From NCBI GenBank assembly GCA_965267575.1, contig OZ254086.1:2112001-2176000 (forward strand): 64,000 nucleotides of DNA. The letters are read 5' to 3'. Under the pieces are notes generated by a model that had not been told where the DNA came from, made no database searches, and worked only from the letters and a program-made list of their open reading frames with translations. Position numbers and translations under genes: made by a program. Source of the DNA: Calditrichales bacterium. GTDB taxonomy: Bacteria; Calditrichota; Calditrichia; Calditrichales; J004. Positions 49,377 through 58,607 of the stretch are shown piece after piece. Within the stretch, counting starts at the first letter, position 1; each line of letters opens with the position of its first letter.

Positions 49377-50542
49377 AGATTCTCTATCATCACCGGACTT
49401 TGGGTGACGGCGCTGAGGGCATTCACATTCAGTCGATTGTAAACTGCCTGCGTGAGCAGGGGCATGATGTTCGCGTTGCTTCACTGGTTGGGCAAAACAC
49501 GCAATTCCGCAGTTCACAGGAAGCCAAAGAATCAAAATGGGATAAAATAAAAAATATTATCCCAAAGCCGGTTTATGAGCTGGCAGAGATCGCTTACAAT
49601 CTCAAGGGCCTGCGGATGCTGATGAAGGAGATTGAAACCTTCGAGCCTGATATTATTTATGATCGCTACGCGCATTTTAGTTTTGCGGCATTATGGGCGG
49701 CATCAAAAGCAAAGTTACCGGTAATTCTCGAAGTAAACTCTCCCTATTCAATCCAGAAGCGGAAATACGAAAAACTCTATTTCCCCTGGCTTTCGCGCTA
49801 CGGTGAGTATAAGATTTTCCAAAAGGCACCGCGCATCATTGTTGTTTCTTCCCCTTTAAAACAGATTGTAGCAGATTATAATGTCGATGCAGGCAAGGTG
49901 ACGGTCCTGCCAAACGGCACCGACCCTGAGAGGTTTAACCCCGCACTGGATGCATCGGAGCTGCGCAAAGAGCTGGATATTGACGGAAAGACGGTTTTGG
50001 GTTTTGTTGGTATCCTGCGCAGCTGGCATAATATTGATAAGCTGATCAATGTACTAGAAGAGATTGATCTTGCGAAACAGAACGCGGTAATGCTTTTTTT
50101 GGGCGACGGGCCAAGCTATGATGAGTTGGTAGAATACAATCGCCGAAAGGGGCATGAAAAAACCGTGCGCTTTCTCGGACGCATCCCGCATGATCAGATC
50201 CAGAAATATATCGCCCTGTTTGATGTCGCCATCAGTCCGCATGCTACACCCTATTCTTCGCCGATGAAGATCCTTGAATACATGGCGATGGAAAAAGCGA
50301 TACTGGCGCCCGATATGCCCAATATTCGTGACATAATTACGCAGGGAGAAACGGGTATATTGTTTAAACCGGACAATGTAGAATCGCTGAAAGCTAACCT
50401 GCTTGAATTGATGAGCGATGCTGAAAACAGAAAGCGTCTTGGCAAAGATGCCCGCCAGGCAGTAACAGAGAAGTTTACCTGGTACAACAATGCGCGCACT
50501 ACCGCGGATATTGCGGAAGAGATGATCAAAACTGGCCGCTAG
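49373..50542 (+). CDS. Glycosyltransferase family 4
   Basis: LEVNSP, PNGTD, FVGILRSWH, SPMKILEYMAM. Confidence 0.9.
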   Translation: MKILYHHRTLGDGAEGIHIQSIVNCLREQGHDVRVASLVGQNTQFRSSQEAKESKWDKIKNIIPKPVYELAEIAYNLKGLRMLMKEIETFEPDIIYDRYAHFSFAALWAASKAKLPVILEVNSPYSIQKRKYEKLYFPWLSRYGEYKIFQKAPRIIVVSSPLKQIVADYNVDAGKVTVLPNGTDPERFNPALDASELRKELDIDGKTVLGFVGILRSWHNIDKLINVLEEIDLAKQNAVMLFLGDGPSYDELVEYNRRKGHEKTVRFLGRIPHDQIQKYIALFDVAISPHATPYSSPMKILEYMAMEKAILAPDMPNIRDIITQGETGILFKPDNVESLKANLLELMSDAENRKRLGKDARQAVTEKFTWYNNARTTADIAEEMIKTGR

Positions 50543-50611
50543 CTTGTGCAAGAGTTGCTCATAGCTTTTTACAAGGGAAAGTTTAGCCTTAAGATAATCT
50601 GCGTTTTATAT

Positions 50612-50628
50612 GTGGCACGTTATTTGTT
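50612..50628 (+). promoter_or_regulatory. Possible sigma54 (-24/-12) promoter
   Basis: TGGCACG-ttat-TTGT versus consensus TGGCACG-N4-TTGC. Confidence 0.45.
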
Positions 50629-50696
50629 TTAAATGACGGACCTGTAGCACATGTTTCGATTGTTGCAGCCTGTTTAAATTAAAAAATGAGGTTTAA

Positions 50697-53207
50697 ATGA
50701 TTAGGCACGTTTTTAGAGCATTATTAGTTAGCTTAATACTAAGCAGTTTGCTTCTGGCTGTTGATCCGGTAGTAAACAGCCCGCTTGACAAAGGTACGCA
50801 CCCGCGATTGCATATAACCCAGGATAATATCCCGGAGTTTAAGAATGCAATCGCAACTCACTATGGTTTTGAGTTTCAGCAATATGTCAACTGGGCAGCC
50901 AGTGCGCCAGATAATGATGATTATAATATTTTGTCCGAAGCCGGTCATGACCCCTTGCGTGCATTGATGGTGCACCAGGCCTTTATTGCCGCTTTGGGTC
51001 CGGTTCAGGGAATCTCTTATCCCCTTTCCATGGAGCAGTATGCCGCCCGCGCAATCAACCGTTTAATGAGCCGCCTGGATGCCGGTGATGAGCTTTCTTA
51101 CGTAGCGGCTCTGACTTATGACTGGACATATAGTTACCAGACTGCGGAACAGCGTAGCGAAATAGCAAGCAAGATGCGTACGCGCAAGATGGCGCACAAG
51201 GTGTTTGATATCTCTATGGCGAACCCGGGCTTCACGTCCGAACAGATGTTCAGCTCCAAGTATTTTGAAGTTTTCCAGCCCTGGTATGTGGCATTGGCTT
51301 TTTGGGGCGACGGCCAGATAGACGCAGATGCGGAAACGGCGGCCAACACTTTTTACTCTACAATGCTAAACTATGGATACCTGGACGCTCACAATTTCGT
51401 TGCGGGCGATAATGGCGGTTGGGCCGAATGGGTCGGCTATTCCAGCTGGCACCCCCGTACGCATATTTTGAATGTAGATGCCTGGCGCACAGCAACCGGT
51501 GAGGATTTTATAAAGCAACATGGCGAAATACCGGGTCAGGCACTTGTCACTTATCCGAAATTTATGGCTCTGGCCATGGATCCACACAAGTACTTCAACG
51601 ACTTTTATACCTATGTAAAGCACGGTGGTGCCGAAACAACCGATCCCTCTTTAACGCACCGTTCCATGCGCGAGCAAATACTGATGCTGCCGCGGATATT
51701 AAACCAGTCCGGTTATTCCAATGAAGCCGGTCTATTGCACTGGTTCGCCAATCATTATGAAGTTGAATGGCCCAGTTATGACCATTTCTATTTGTGGGGT
51801 TTTCTTGGGTTGCTTAAAAATTATCCGGCCAAAACTCCAGATGAACTTAATCTGTCCAAGTCCGGATGGAGCAGAAACCTTGGTCTTTTTATGGCGCGCA
51901 CAGGGTTTGATAATCCGGCCGATGGTGTTTTTCATGCGTCGCATGGCCATTTTCGCTTTGACGGTCATAAAGGAGCAGACGATTTCCCGGGCTTTATGCT
52001 GGCAAAATTCGGGACACTCGTAAATAACCGAAATGTTGCACACCGTGGTTACGGAAACCTCGACGCATACGCAGGCGCCCGTCAGATGAATATGGTCTAT
52101 TTTAGCGGTGGCCATGAAGATGGCCATGGTACGATGGACCAGCCGCATGAACTGGAGGATGCTTTTAATGGAACCGGTGACTACGACTGGGGCGGAATTG
52201 AGCAGGTTATTACGAAAGAGGATGCCTTTTATCATGTCCGTGTAAATAACAACCGCGCCTTTAGCGGCGCCAGCCACACGCGCGAGTATGTCTGGTTCCC
52301 CGGCGCCAATCCTGCCAACGATTCGGATTTTCTGGTTGTTTACGATCGCAGCTCAGCTCCAAGCGATCACGAATGGGTGTATCACGTACCGTGGAAGCCG
52401 GAAGCTTCGGGTTTCGGTTCACAGAGCAGCATGAACAGCGGCAGCGGTACAAGCGGCCGTATCGGCGATGCCTACACGGGAGAGAATGTTATTATTAAGG
52501 AACTGAATGGCCTGGGCGGTGAACGTGATAATGACGGGGGCACACAGGATTATACAGGCGGCGCTGGTGCTCATGGTGTGGCATTCGTAAAAACGTTGTT
52601 ACCGCAGCAGGCAGTTGTGGAAGTTACCCGTGTAGCTGCTTTTGACAGTGATGTCATCAAGCGCCAGCACCATCTGGCTATCAAAGCGCATCGCTGGCAG
52701 GTTTCGGTAAAGCCGCAAACGCAAACACAGGATCAGCACTTTCTGCATGTGTTCCAGACAGCCGATGCCAATAAGGTGAATAATATGACAAACAACAGCC
52801 TGGTTCAGGTCGGTTCTGCCATGCACGGTACTTTTATCCAACGCGAAAATAGCGGCCGGCCCAATTATCTGGTTTTGTTCAATCAAAACGAAGGCGTAAA
52901 CAGCAATGTTGTGAGTTATACGCTCAACGGACAAGGCGCTACCCGCCACGTAATCACCGGTCTTGAGCCCTATACCAATTATGATATCGAAACGATAACC
53001 AGTTCAGGAAGCTCAACCGTATCCAAAGTGACCGAACCGGATATGGAGTTATGGGACTACAAAGGCGTGGATACCAATACTGCCACAGGAACACTTTATT
53101 TTGAAACGACACTCGATGGTGAGCATACCTATAAAGTCAGTAAATCGGGTTTTCAGGATACTACACCTCCTTCAAAACCCGGTGGCTTTAAGATAGATCC
53201 AAACTAA
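50697..53207 (+). CDS. Secreted 836-aa protein, probable polysaccharide-lyase-like (heparinase II/III-type architecture)
   Basis: Signal peptide; HPRL near the N-terminus, ALTYDW, GGWAE..GY, ARTGF, GH...D, VYDR; helical N-half and beta-rich C-half. Confidence 0.55.
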   Translation: MIRHVFRALLVSLILSSLLLAVDPVVNSPLDKGTHPRLHITQDNIPEFKNAIATHYGFEFQQYVNWAASAPDNDDYNILSEAGHDPLRALMVHQAFIAALGPVQGISYPLSMEQYAARAINRLMSRLDAGDELSYVAALTYDWTYSYQTAEQRSEIASKMRTRKMAHKVFDISMANPGFTSEQMFSSKYFEVFQPWYVALAFWGDGQIDADAETAANTFYSTMLNYGYLDAHNFVAGDNGGWAEWVGYSSWHPRTHILNVDAWRTATGEDFIKQHGEIPGQALVTYPKFMALAMDPHKYFNDFYTYVKHGGAETTDPSLTHRSMREQILMLPRILNQSGYSNEAGLLHWFANHYEVEWPSYDHFYLWGFLGLLKNYPAKTPDELNLSKSGWSRNLGLFMARTGFDNPADGVFHASHGHFRFDGHKGADDFPGFMLAKFGTLVNNRNVAHRGYGNLDAYAGARQMNMVYFSGGHEDGHGTMDQPHELEDAFNGTGDYDWGGIEQVITKEDAFYHVRVNNNRAFSGASHTREYVWFPGANPANDSDFLVVYDRSSAPSDHEWVYHVPWKPEASGFGSQSSMNSGSGTSGRIGDAYTGENVIIKELNGLGGERDNDGGTQDYTGGAGAHGVAFVKTLLPQQAVVEVTRVAAFDSDVIKRQHHLAIKAHRWQVSVKPQTQTQDQHFLHVFQTADANKVNNMTNNSLVQVGSAMHGTFIQRENSGRPNYLVLFNQNEGVNSNVVSYTLNGQGATRHVITGLEPYTNYDIETITSSGSSTVSKVTEPDMELWDYKGVDTNTATGTLYFETTLDGEHTYKVSKSGFQDTTPPSKPGGFKIDPN

Positions 53208-53222
53208 CTTATACAGACACGG

Positions 53223-54188
53223 ATGATTCATTTTCTTGTAACAATCGACACGGAAGAAGAACGCGAGTGGGGCGGTAGCTACAAGGACCACACGCACTAC
53301 ACCGTAGAAAATATAAAATGGCTTGATCCGCTTCAGGCCATTTTTGACAAACATGGTGTAAAAGCGACTTACCTGATCGATTATCCTGTTGCCATAAACA
53401 AAGAGGCTATTGATATCCTTAAGCGTTATCGCACCGGGCATAACGTGGAGATCGGGACGCATTTACACCCGTGGGTTAACCCGCCTTATGAAGAGGAGCT
53501 CGGCGAGCACAATTCCTACACGTCCAATTTACCTGTTGAGTTACAGCTCAAAAAAATGACGCTGCTTACCGATACGATAGCAGACGGTGTGGGCGAAAGG
53601 CCTGTAACTTACCGCGCCGGCCGCTATGGCTTTAACGAATCGACCGTAGGTGTTTTGCAAGAACTTAAATATACAGTGGATACTTCGATTGTCCCTTACC
53701 GCCAGGCAAAACGTCCCCATGAGCCGCATTTCGGCTATATGCCATCCATTGAACCATACGATCTGGATGCAAACAATATCATGCGTGCCGGCAAAAGCGG
53801 TCTGCTGGAAGTGCCGTTGACCGTAGGCTTCAACAAAAAAGTGCCGCGTTGGCTGGCATCGCGCTATGTCGACCTGCCCAACATTGGCATACGGCGTGCC
53901 TTGAAGAAAGCTTTGAACCTCGACCTTTACTGGTTGCGTCCATCCTACGCCAATCTCAGGCAGATGAAAGAGCTTAGCGAGGCCGTACAAACCGGCGGTG
54001 GTACGTTTCTCAATATGATGTTTCATTCCAATGAGCTGATGCCCAACGGCTCCAAGTACTGTAAAACCCAGGAAGATGTGGATAATTATTTAAAACGCCT
54101 TGATGATTATTTTTCATGGCTGAACCGGCGCTTTGATGTTCGTTATGTTACCCTGAAAGAAATGCCCGCGATTTACAAATCTAAATGA
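53223..54188 (+). CDS. Polysaccharide deacetylase (WalW-like)
   Basis: VTIDTEEE, EIGTHLHPWVNPP, YRAGRYG, FHSNELMP. Confidence 0.85.
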   Translation: MIHFLVTIDTEEEREWGGSYKDHTHYTVENIKWLDPLQAIFDKHGVKATYLIDYPVAINKEAIDILKRYRTGHNVEIGTHLHPWVNPPYEEELGEHNSYTSNLPVELQLKKMTLLTDTIADGVGERPVTYRAGRYGFNESTVGVLQELKYTVDTSIVPYRQAKRPHEPHFGYMPSIEPYDLDANNIMRAGKSGLLEVPLTVGFNKKVPRWLASRYVDLPNIGIRRALKKALNLDLYWLRPSYANLRQMKELSEAVQTGGGTFLNMMFHSNELMPNGSKYCKTQEDVDNYLKRLDDYFSWLNRRFDVRYVTLKEMPAIYKSK

Positions 54189-55135
54189 CCATTCTCCTAA
54201 CCGGCGCCAGCGGCTTTATGGGGCGGCACGTCCTTAAGCAACTGCTTAACGCCGGGCATACTGTTATCGCCCCTGTTCGTGAAAGTTCGGCTAATAAGGT
54301 TGCTGAAAAACCGGGCGCTCACTTTACCCTGATTAAAGGCGATTTTTTTGATGATGCGGTTCTGCAAGAGGCTGCTGCTCTAAAGCCTGAAACGATCATC
54401 CACATGGCTTCCGTGCGCGGGGCTGGGCAGGGTGACAACGCGCTTTATGAGCAGGTAAACGTACATGGAACCAAGACGCTTCTGGCGTTTGCGCAAAGCA
54501 GGGGGCTTAAGAAATTTGTTTACATCAGCTCTGTGGGTGTGCTGGGTACGATTCCCGAGAATGTTCCGGCGCGCCCTTCGGATAAACCCCAACCGGATGG
54601 CATCTATCATCAGACAAAGTACCGTGCCGAGCAGCTTGTTCAACAAGCCGCTGGCGCAGGGCTTAAAACGCTTATCCTGCGGCCAACCATTACCTACGGC
54701 GAAGGCGATGACGGCTTCATCGCAAAGATGATCAGCATGATACAAAAAGGCATTTTTATTTATCCCGCGAATGATGTCCGCATTCACCTCCTTCATGTAA
54801 CGACTTTTGCAAAATGGCTGGCGGAAGCTGTGAAAAAGCTCAATACTCACGACGGGGTATTCCACTGCTGCGACCGCGAGCCCGTGTTGCTGAATGACGT
54901 TGTTCAGGTATTGGCAAAGCGTTTTGTAAACAAAAATTATCCCTCATTAAAACGTTTGCCATCGTTTCTGTTTGGCGGCGCGGCCGGCTTGTGCGCCCTT
55001 TTGAAAAAAGACAATCTGAAAACGAGTTTTGATTTGATCCATAAGGATTGGTTTTACGATATTAGCGATGCTGAAAAGCAGTTAGCCTATATGCCGGCCG
55101 AAACACTTTATCAATTGGAAAATAGCCCGTTATGA
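54185..55135 (+). CDS. NAD-dependent epimerase/dehydratase
   Basis: TGASGFMG, VNVHGT, ISSVGV, YHQTK. Confidence 0.88.
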   Translation: MTILLTGASGFMGRHVLKQLLNAGHTVIAPVRESSANKVAEKPGAHFTLIKGDFFDDAVLQEAAALKPETIIHMASVRGAGQGDNALYEQVNVHGTKTLLAFAQSRGLKKFVYISSVGVLGTIPENVPARPSDKPQPDGIYHQTKYRAEQLVQQAAGAGLKTLILRPTITYGEGDDGFIAKMISMIQKGIFIYPANDVRIHLLHVTTFAKWLAEAVKKLNTHDGVFHCCDREPVLLNDVVQVLAKRFVNKNYPSLKRLPSFLFGGAAGLCALLKKDNLKTSFDLIHKDWFYDISDAEKQLAYMPAETLYQLENSPL

Positions 55136-55989
55136 GCGAGAACAGTTCAACTTTTTTAAGCATTCTGGATACCTGGCCGGACTATTTCGAAAACCCCGAT
55201 GAAGGACTTGGTACGACGTACGAGCGGTTTATCCTGCATCGTTATTTTGAAAGGCTGGTTAAGAGTTATCCTGTTCAATCTGTTTTGGAAGTGCCCAGCT
55301 TCGGGATGACCGGTGTCAGTGGAATCAACAGTTTGTGGTGGGGTTACAAAGGTGTCCCGACCACTGTGGTTGATACCGATACGGAGCGCGTAAAAAAATC
55401 AGAAGGCGTATGGAAAAAACTGCAATATTCTGCCGATTTTAAAGTTGTGGAAGACATTCACCAGTTACCTTTTGATGACAAAAGCTTTGATCTGAGCTGG
55501 AATTTTGCTGCATTGTGGTTCGTGCAGGAAATGGAACGTTTTGTCGCCGAATTGTCTCGTGTTACGCGTAATGTAATTTTTATTTGCGTCCCCAATACGG
55601 CGGGGCTTGGTTTTAGGCTGCGATCGTTTTTTAATAAAGAGGACGTATCCGGTTTTTATCCGCAACAGATACGGCCCAAAAGCTTCGTCCCTGCGTTTGA
55701 GCAGTCCGGCTGGAAGCTGATCGACCGCGGCTATCTGGATATTCCGCCATGGCCGGATATTGCCATGAAGAAAGAAGATATGCTGCGCAAGGCCGGGCTG
55801 GGGTTTCTGGTTAAAGAAGAGGAATCTGGGGAGCCTGCTTTTGAAAAGAAATATATTGTTGAATGGTTCAGCGGCGAAAAACCGCAGCTGGAAGAAGAAA
55901 TCCTAAAATACGATTTCCTGGAAAAGATACCGAGCCCTTTCAAACAGCTATGGGGCCACCACCGCTGGTTTATTTTTGAGCCGGCATAA
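55132..55989 (+). CDS. Class I SAM-methyltransferase-like protein
   Basis: LPFDDKSFDL, ELSRV, ICVPN; glycine-rich motif atypical (VLEVPSFGMTG). Confidence 0.6.
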   Translation: MSENSSTFLSILDTWPDYFENPDEGLGTTYERFILHRYFERLVKSYPVQSVLEVPSFGMTGVSGINSLWWGYKGVPTTVVDTDTERVKKSEGVWKKLQYSADFKVVEDIHQLPFDDKSFDLSWNFAALWFVQEMERFVAELSRVTRNVIFICVPNTAGLGFRLRSFFNKEDVSGFYPQQIRPKSFVPAFEQSGWKLIDRGYLDIPPWPDIAMKKEDMLRKAGLGFLVKEEESGEPAFEKKYIVEWFSGEKPQLEEEILKYDFLEKIPSPFKQLWGHHRWFIFEPA

Positions 55990-56003
55990 CGAATGATAAT
56001 TTG

Positions 56004-56903
56004 ATGGTTTCTGTCATACTGCCTTCCTACAATTCTGAAACAACAATCGTTAAAGTTATAAAAGCGCTGCAAACTCAAACATTCAGCGAGCCCTATGAGA
56101 TTATTCTCGTGGACAGCTCCGTGGACAAAACGCCGGAGCTGGTGCGCGCGCACTTTCCCGATATCACCTATATTCATCTCGATAAGAAAACCGATCCCGG
56201 TACGGCCCGTAATCTGGGCCTGAAAAAAAGCAGCGGTGAGATCATCCTTTTTATTGATTCCGACTGTATCGCCCAGCAAGACTGGATAGAACGCATGGTT
56301 AAGCGCCACCGCGAAAGCGATTACGCAGCGGTAGGTGGCGGCGTACTAAACGGCAACGACCCGAAATCGGATGTGGCCTGGGCCGGCTACATGGCGGAAT
56401 TCCGCGAATTTATACCACAGCGTCCGGCCGCGGAAGTGGACCACATCCCAACCTGCAATATTTCCTATAAACGCCGTTACCTGGAGGAACTGGGAGGATT
56501 CAATCCGCTCTACTATCCGCAGGAGGACCTGGAGTTTAACTTTCGCCTGCGCCGGGCGGGGGGTAAAATTTTGTTTACGCCCGATGCCTGTGTGCGTCAT
56601 CATCACCGTACTACATTGCCCGATTTTTTTCGCCACCAGAAAAACGTGGGTCGCATAACGGCAATGATGCTGCGTATTCTGCCCCTGGAAGGCGCGTCCA
56701 TTGCGCGCAGCAAAATACTGGTGTTGCTGGCGATTGTGCCGATGCCCCTGTTAAAATGGTGGCGTACCGTCAAGGTTTTCCGGCGTTACCGGCGCGACCT
56801 GTTGAAGGAGCATCCTTTTGCCCTGTTTGTTTTTGCTGGCGGGCTGGTGCCCTGGGCAGCGGGCTTTATGAAAGGCGTTTTTGCCAAAGGCTTTGAGAAA
56901 TGA
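56004..56903 (+). CDS. Glycosyltransferase family 2
   Basis: VILPSYN, ARNLG, FIDSDC, QEDLEF. Confidence 0.9.
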   Translation: MVSVILPSYNSETTIVKVIKALQTQTFSEPYEIILVDSSVDKTPELVRAHFPDITYIHLDKKTDPGTARNLGLKKSSGEIILFIDSDCIAQQDWIERMVKRHRESDYAAVGGGVLNGNDPKSDVAWAGYMAEFREFIPQRPAAEVDHIPTCNISYKRRYLEELGGFNPLYYPQEDLEFNFRLRRAGGKILFTPDACVRHHHRTTLPDFFRHQKNVGRITAMMLRILPLEGASIARSKILVLLAIVPMPLLKWWRTVKVFRRYRRDLLKEHPFALFVFAGGLVPWAAGFMKGVFAKGFEK

Positions 56904-58606
56904 ATCCAACGAAACCTCTTATCATAATTCCCACGCTGGATGAAGAGCGCAACCTTGAGACAATAATTCAATCCATCTTCAAACTGGAAAATGTACAGTG
57001 CGACGTCCTGATCGTGGATGCAATGTCCACTGACGATACGCGTAAGATCGTTACACGCCTGCAGCAGGATCATGAAAATCTGTACATGATAGATCAGGCG
57101 GAGCGCAGCGGATACGGCAATGCGCTGCGGCTGGGTTTTGAGTGGGCACTGAAAAAAGAGTATGATCCCGTTCTTACAATGGATGGTGACGGCTCGCATG
57201 ACCCGCGCTACATCAGTCGTTTTTTGAACACTATACGCGAGCACGATCTGGTGATCGGCAGCCGCTACATCAATGGCGTTCGTGTTGAGGGCTGGCGTTT
57301 CAGGAAGCTGTTGGCCAGTAAACTGGCCAGCATGTATGTCTCTTACGTTCTTGTGAAGCCCATTTGGGATTTCACTTCGGGCTTTCGTTGTTACAGGCGC
57401 CATATTCTGGAAAAGATTGACCTGGATCGCCTCCATAAAGAAGCCTATATAATTCAGATTCAGCTCCTGTACCTGGCATACAAAAACCGCGTCAGTGTAA
57501 AAGAAATCCCATTTGTCTACCGTGATACTCTGGATAGCGTTTCCAAGGTTGCCGGCAAAAACAAGCTGAAGACTTTCTTCTATGTGTTGAAATACCGCGC
57601 GCCGGTCCTTGAAATTCTGCGACATCTCGTCTATTTGAAAAAAGAGTACGAGCGCTTTGTTGATGAATACGAAGAGTTGATCAATCCGCCCAGGCTTAAG
57701 AACAACGGCCTGGTGGAGATAAAGGATCAATACAGCGTCAGCATTGGCGTTATGGCATACAATGAAGAGAAGATCATCGGCCGTTGCCTTGATGCCCTGC
57801 TCGGGCAAAAATTGAAAAGCGGCCACATCAAAGAGATCATTGTTGTTTCCTCCGGTTCCACGGACCGCACCGATGCCATTGTTGAGGAGTACAGCAAGCG
57901 TGATTCACGTATAAAGCTTCTCGTTCAAAAAAAACGCATGGGTAAAGCCGCCGCCATAAATGATTTTCTTGCGGATGCCAGCGGCGATATCGCGGTGCTG
58001 GAAAGCGCGGACACCGTTACCGACCAGCACACCGTTGAAGAGTTACTTAAGCCCTTCGCCGATTCAAGTATTGGCATGGCCGGGGTTCATCCTGTGCCCG
58101 TCAACGATCGTTCTACTTTTGTGGGCTATTGTGTGCACCGCCTGTGGGAACTTCATCATGAAATGGCGCTCGATCATCCGAAATGCGGCGAAATGGTGGC
58201 CTTTCGCAACCTGGTACCGCGCATATCAAAATACACGGCTGTGGATGAGGCGGCTATCGAGGGTATTATTACTAAACATGGGTTGAAACTGGCTTACGCG
58301 CCCGACGCCATGCTGCAAAATAAAGGCCCTGAAAACCTCGGCGATTTCATTAAGCAAAGGCGGCGCATCGCCTCCGGGCACCGCCACCTTGCCGCCTCCA
58401 TGGGGCACGAGGTGTTCACGAACAGTGCTTCAAATATTTTTAAATATGTAAGAAAAACGCAGGAGTGGAATCCGAAAGCGCTTATGTATATGGGCATGCT
58501 GATGGGCGTAGAGGCTTTTGCCCGGACGATGGGTATTGTGGATTTTTACCTGCGTGACAAAAACCCGTTCATCTGGGATATTTCTGTAACAACAAAGCGC
58601 ATGTAG
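56900..58606 (+). CDS. Two-domain GT2: polyprenol-phosphate mannose synthase (DPM1)-like domain plus second GT2 domain
   Basis: N-domain IPTLDE, MDGDGSHDP, GSRY, DFTSGFRCY; C-domain VMAYNEE, STDRT, GKAAAIN, QRRRI. Confidence 0.85.
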   Translation: MNPTKPLIIIPTLDEERNLETIIQSIFKLENVQCDVLIVDAMSTDDTRKIVTRLQQDHENLYMIDQAERSGYGNALRLGFEWALKKEYDPVLTMDGDGSHDPRYISRFLNTIREHDLVIGSRYINGVRVEGWRFRKLLASKLASMYVSYVLVKPIWDFTSGFRCYRRHILEKIDLDRLHKEAYIIQIQLLYLAYKNRVSVKEIPFVYRDTLDSVSKVAGKNKLKTFFYVLKYRAPVLEILRHLVYLKKEYERFVDEYEELINPPRLKNNGLVEIKDQYSVSIGVMAYNEEKIIGRCLDALLGQKLKSGHIKEIIVVSSGSTDRTDAIVEEYSKRDSRIKLLVQKKRMGKAAAINDFLADASGDIAVLESADTVTDQHTVEELLKPFADSSIGMAGVHPVPVNDRSTFVGYCVHRLWELHHEMALDHPKCGEMVAFRNLVPRISKYTAVDEAAIEGIITKHGLKLAYAPDAMLQNKGPENLGDFIKQRRRIASGHRHLAASMGHEVFTNSASNIFKYVRKTQEWNPKALMYMGMLMGVEAFARTMGIVDFYLRDKNPFIWDISVTTKRM

Positions 58607-58607
58607 C

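Noticed and set aside
56786-57826. 346-aa minus-strand ORF (likewise 2816..3556, 6025..6672, 34206..34886)
   Set aside because: Antisense or off-frame to well-supported genes, with no recognisable motifs
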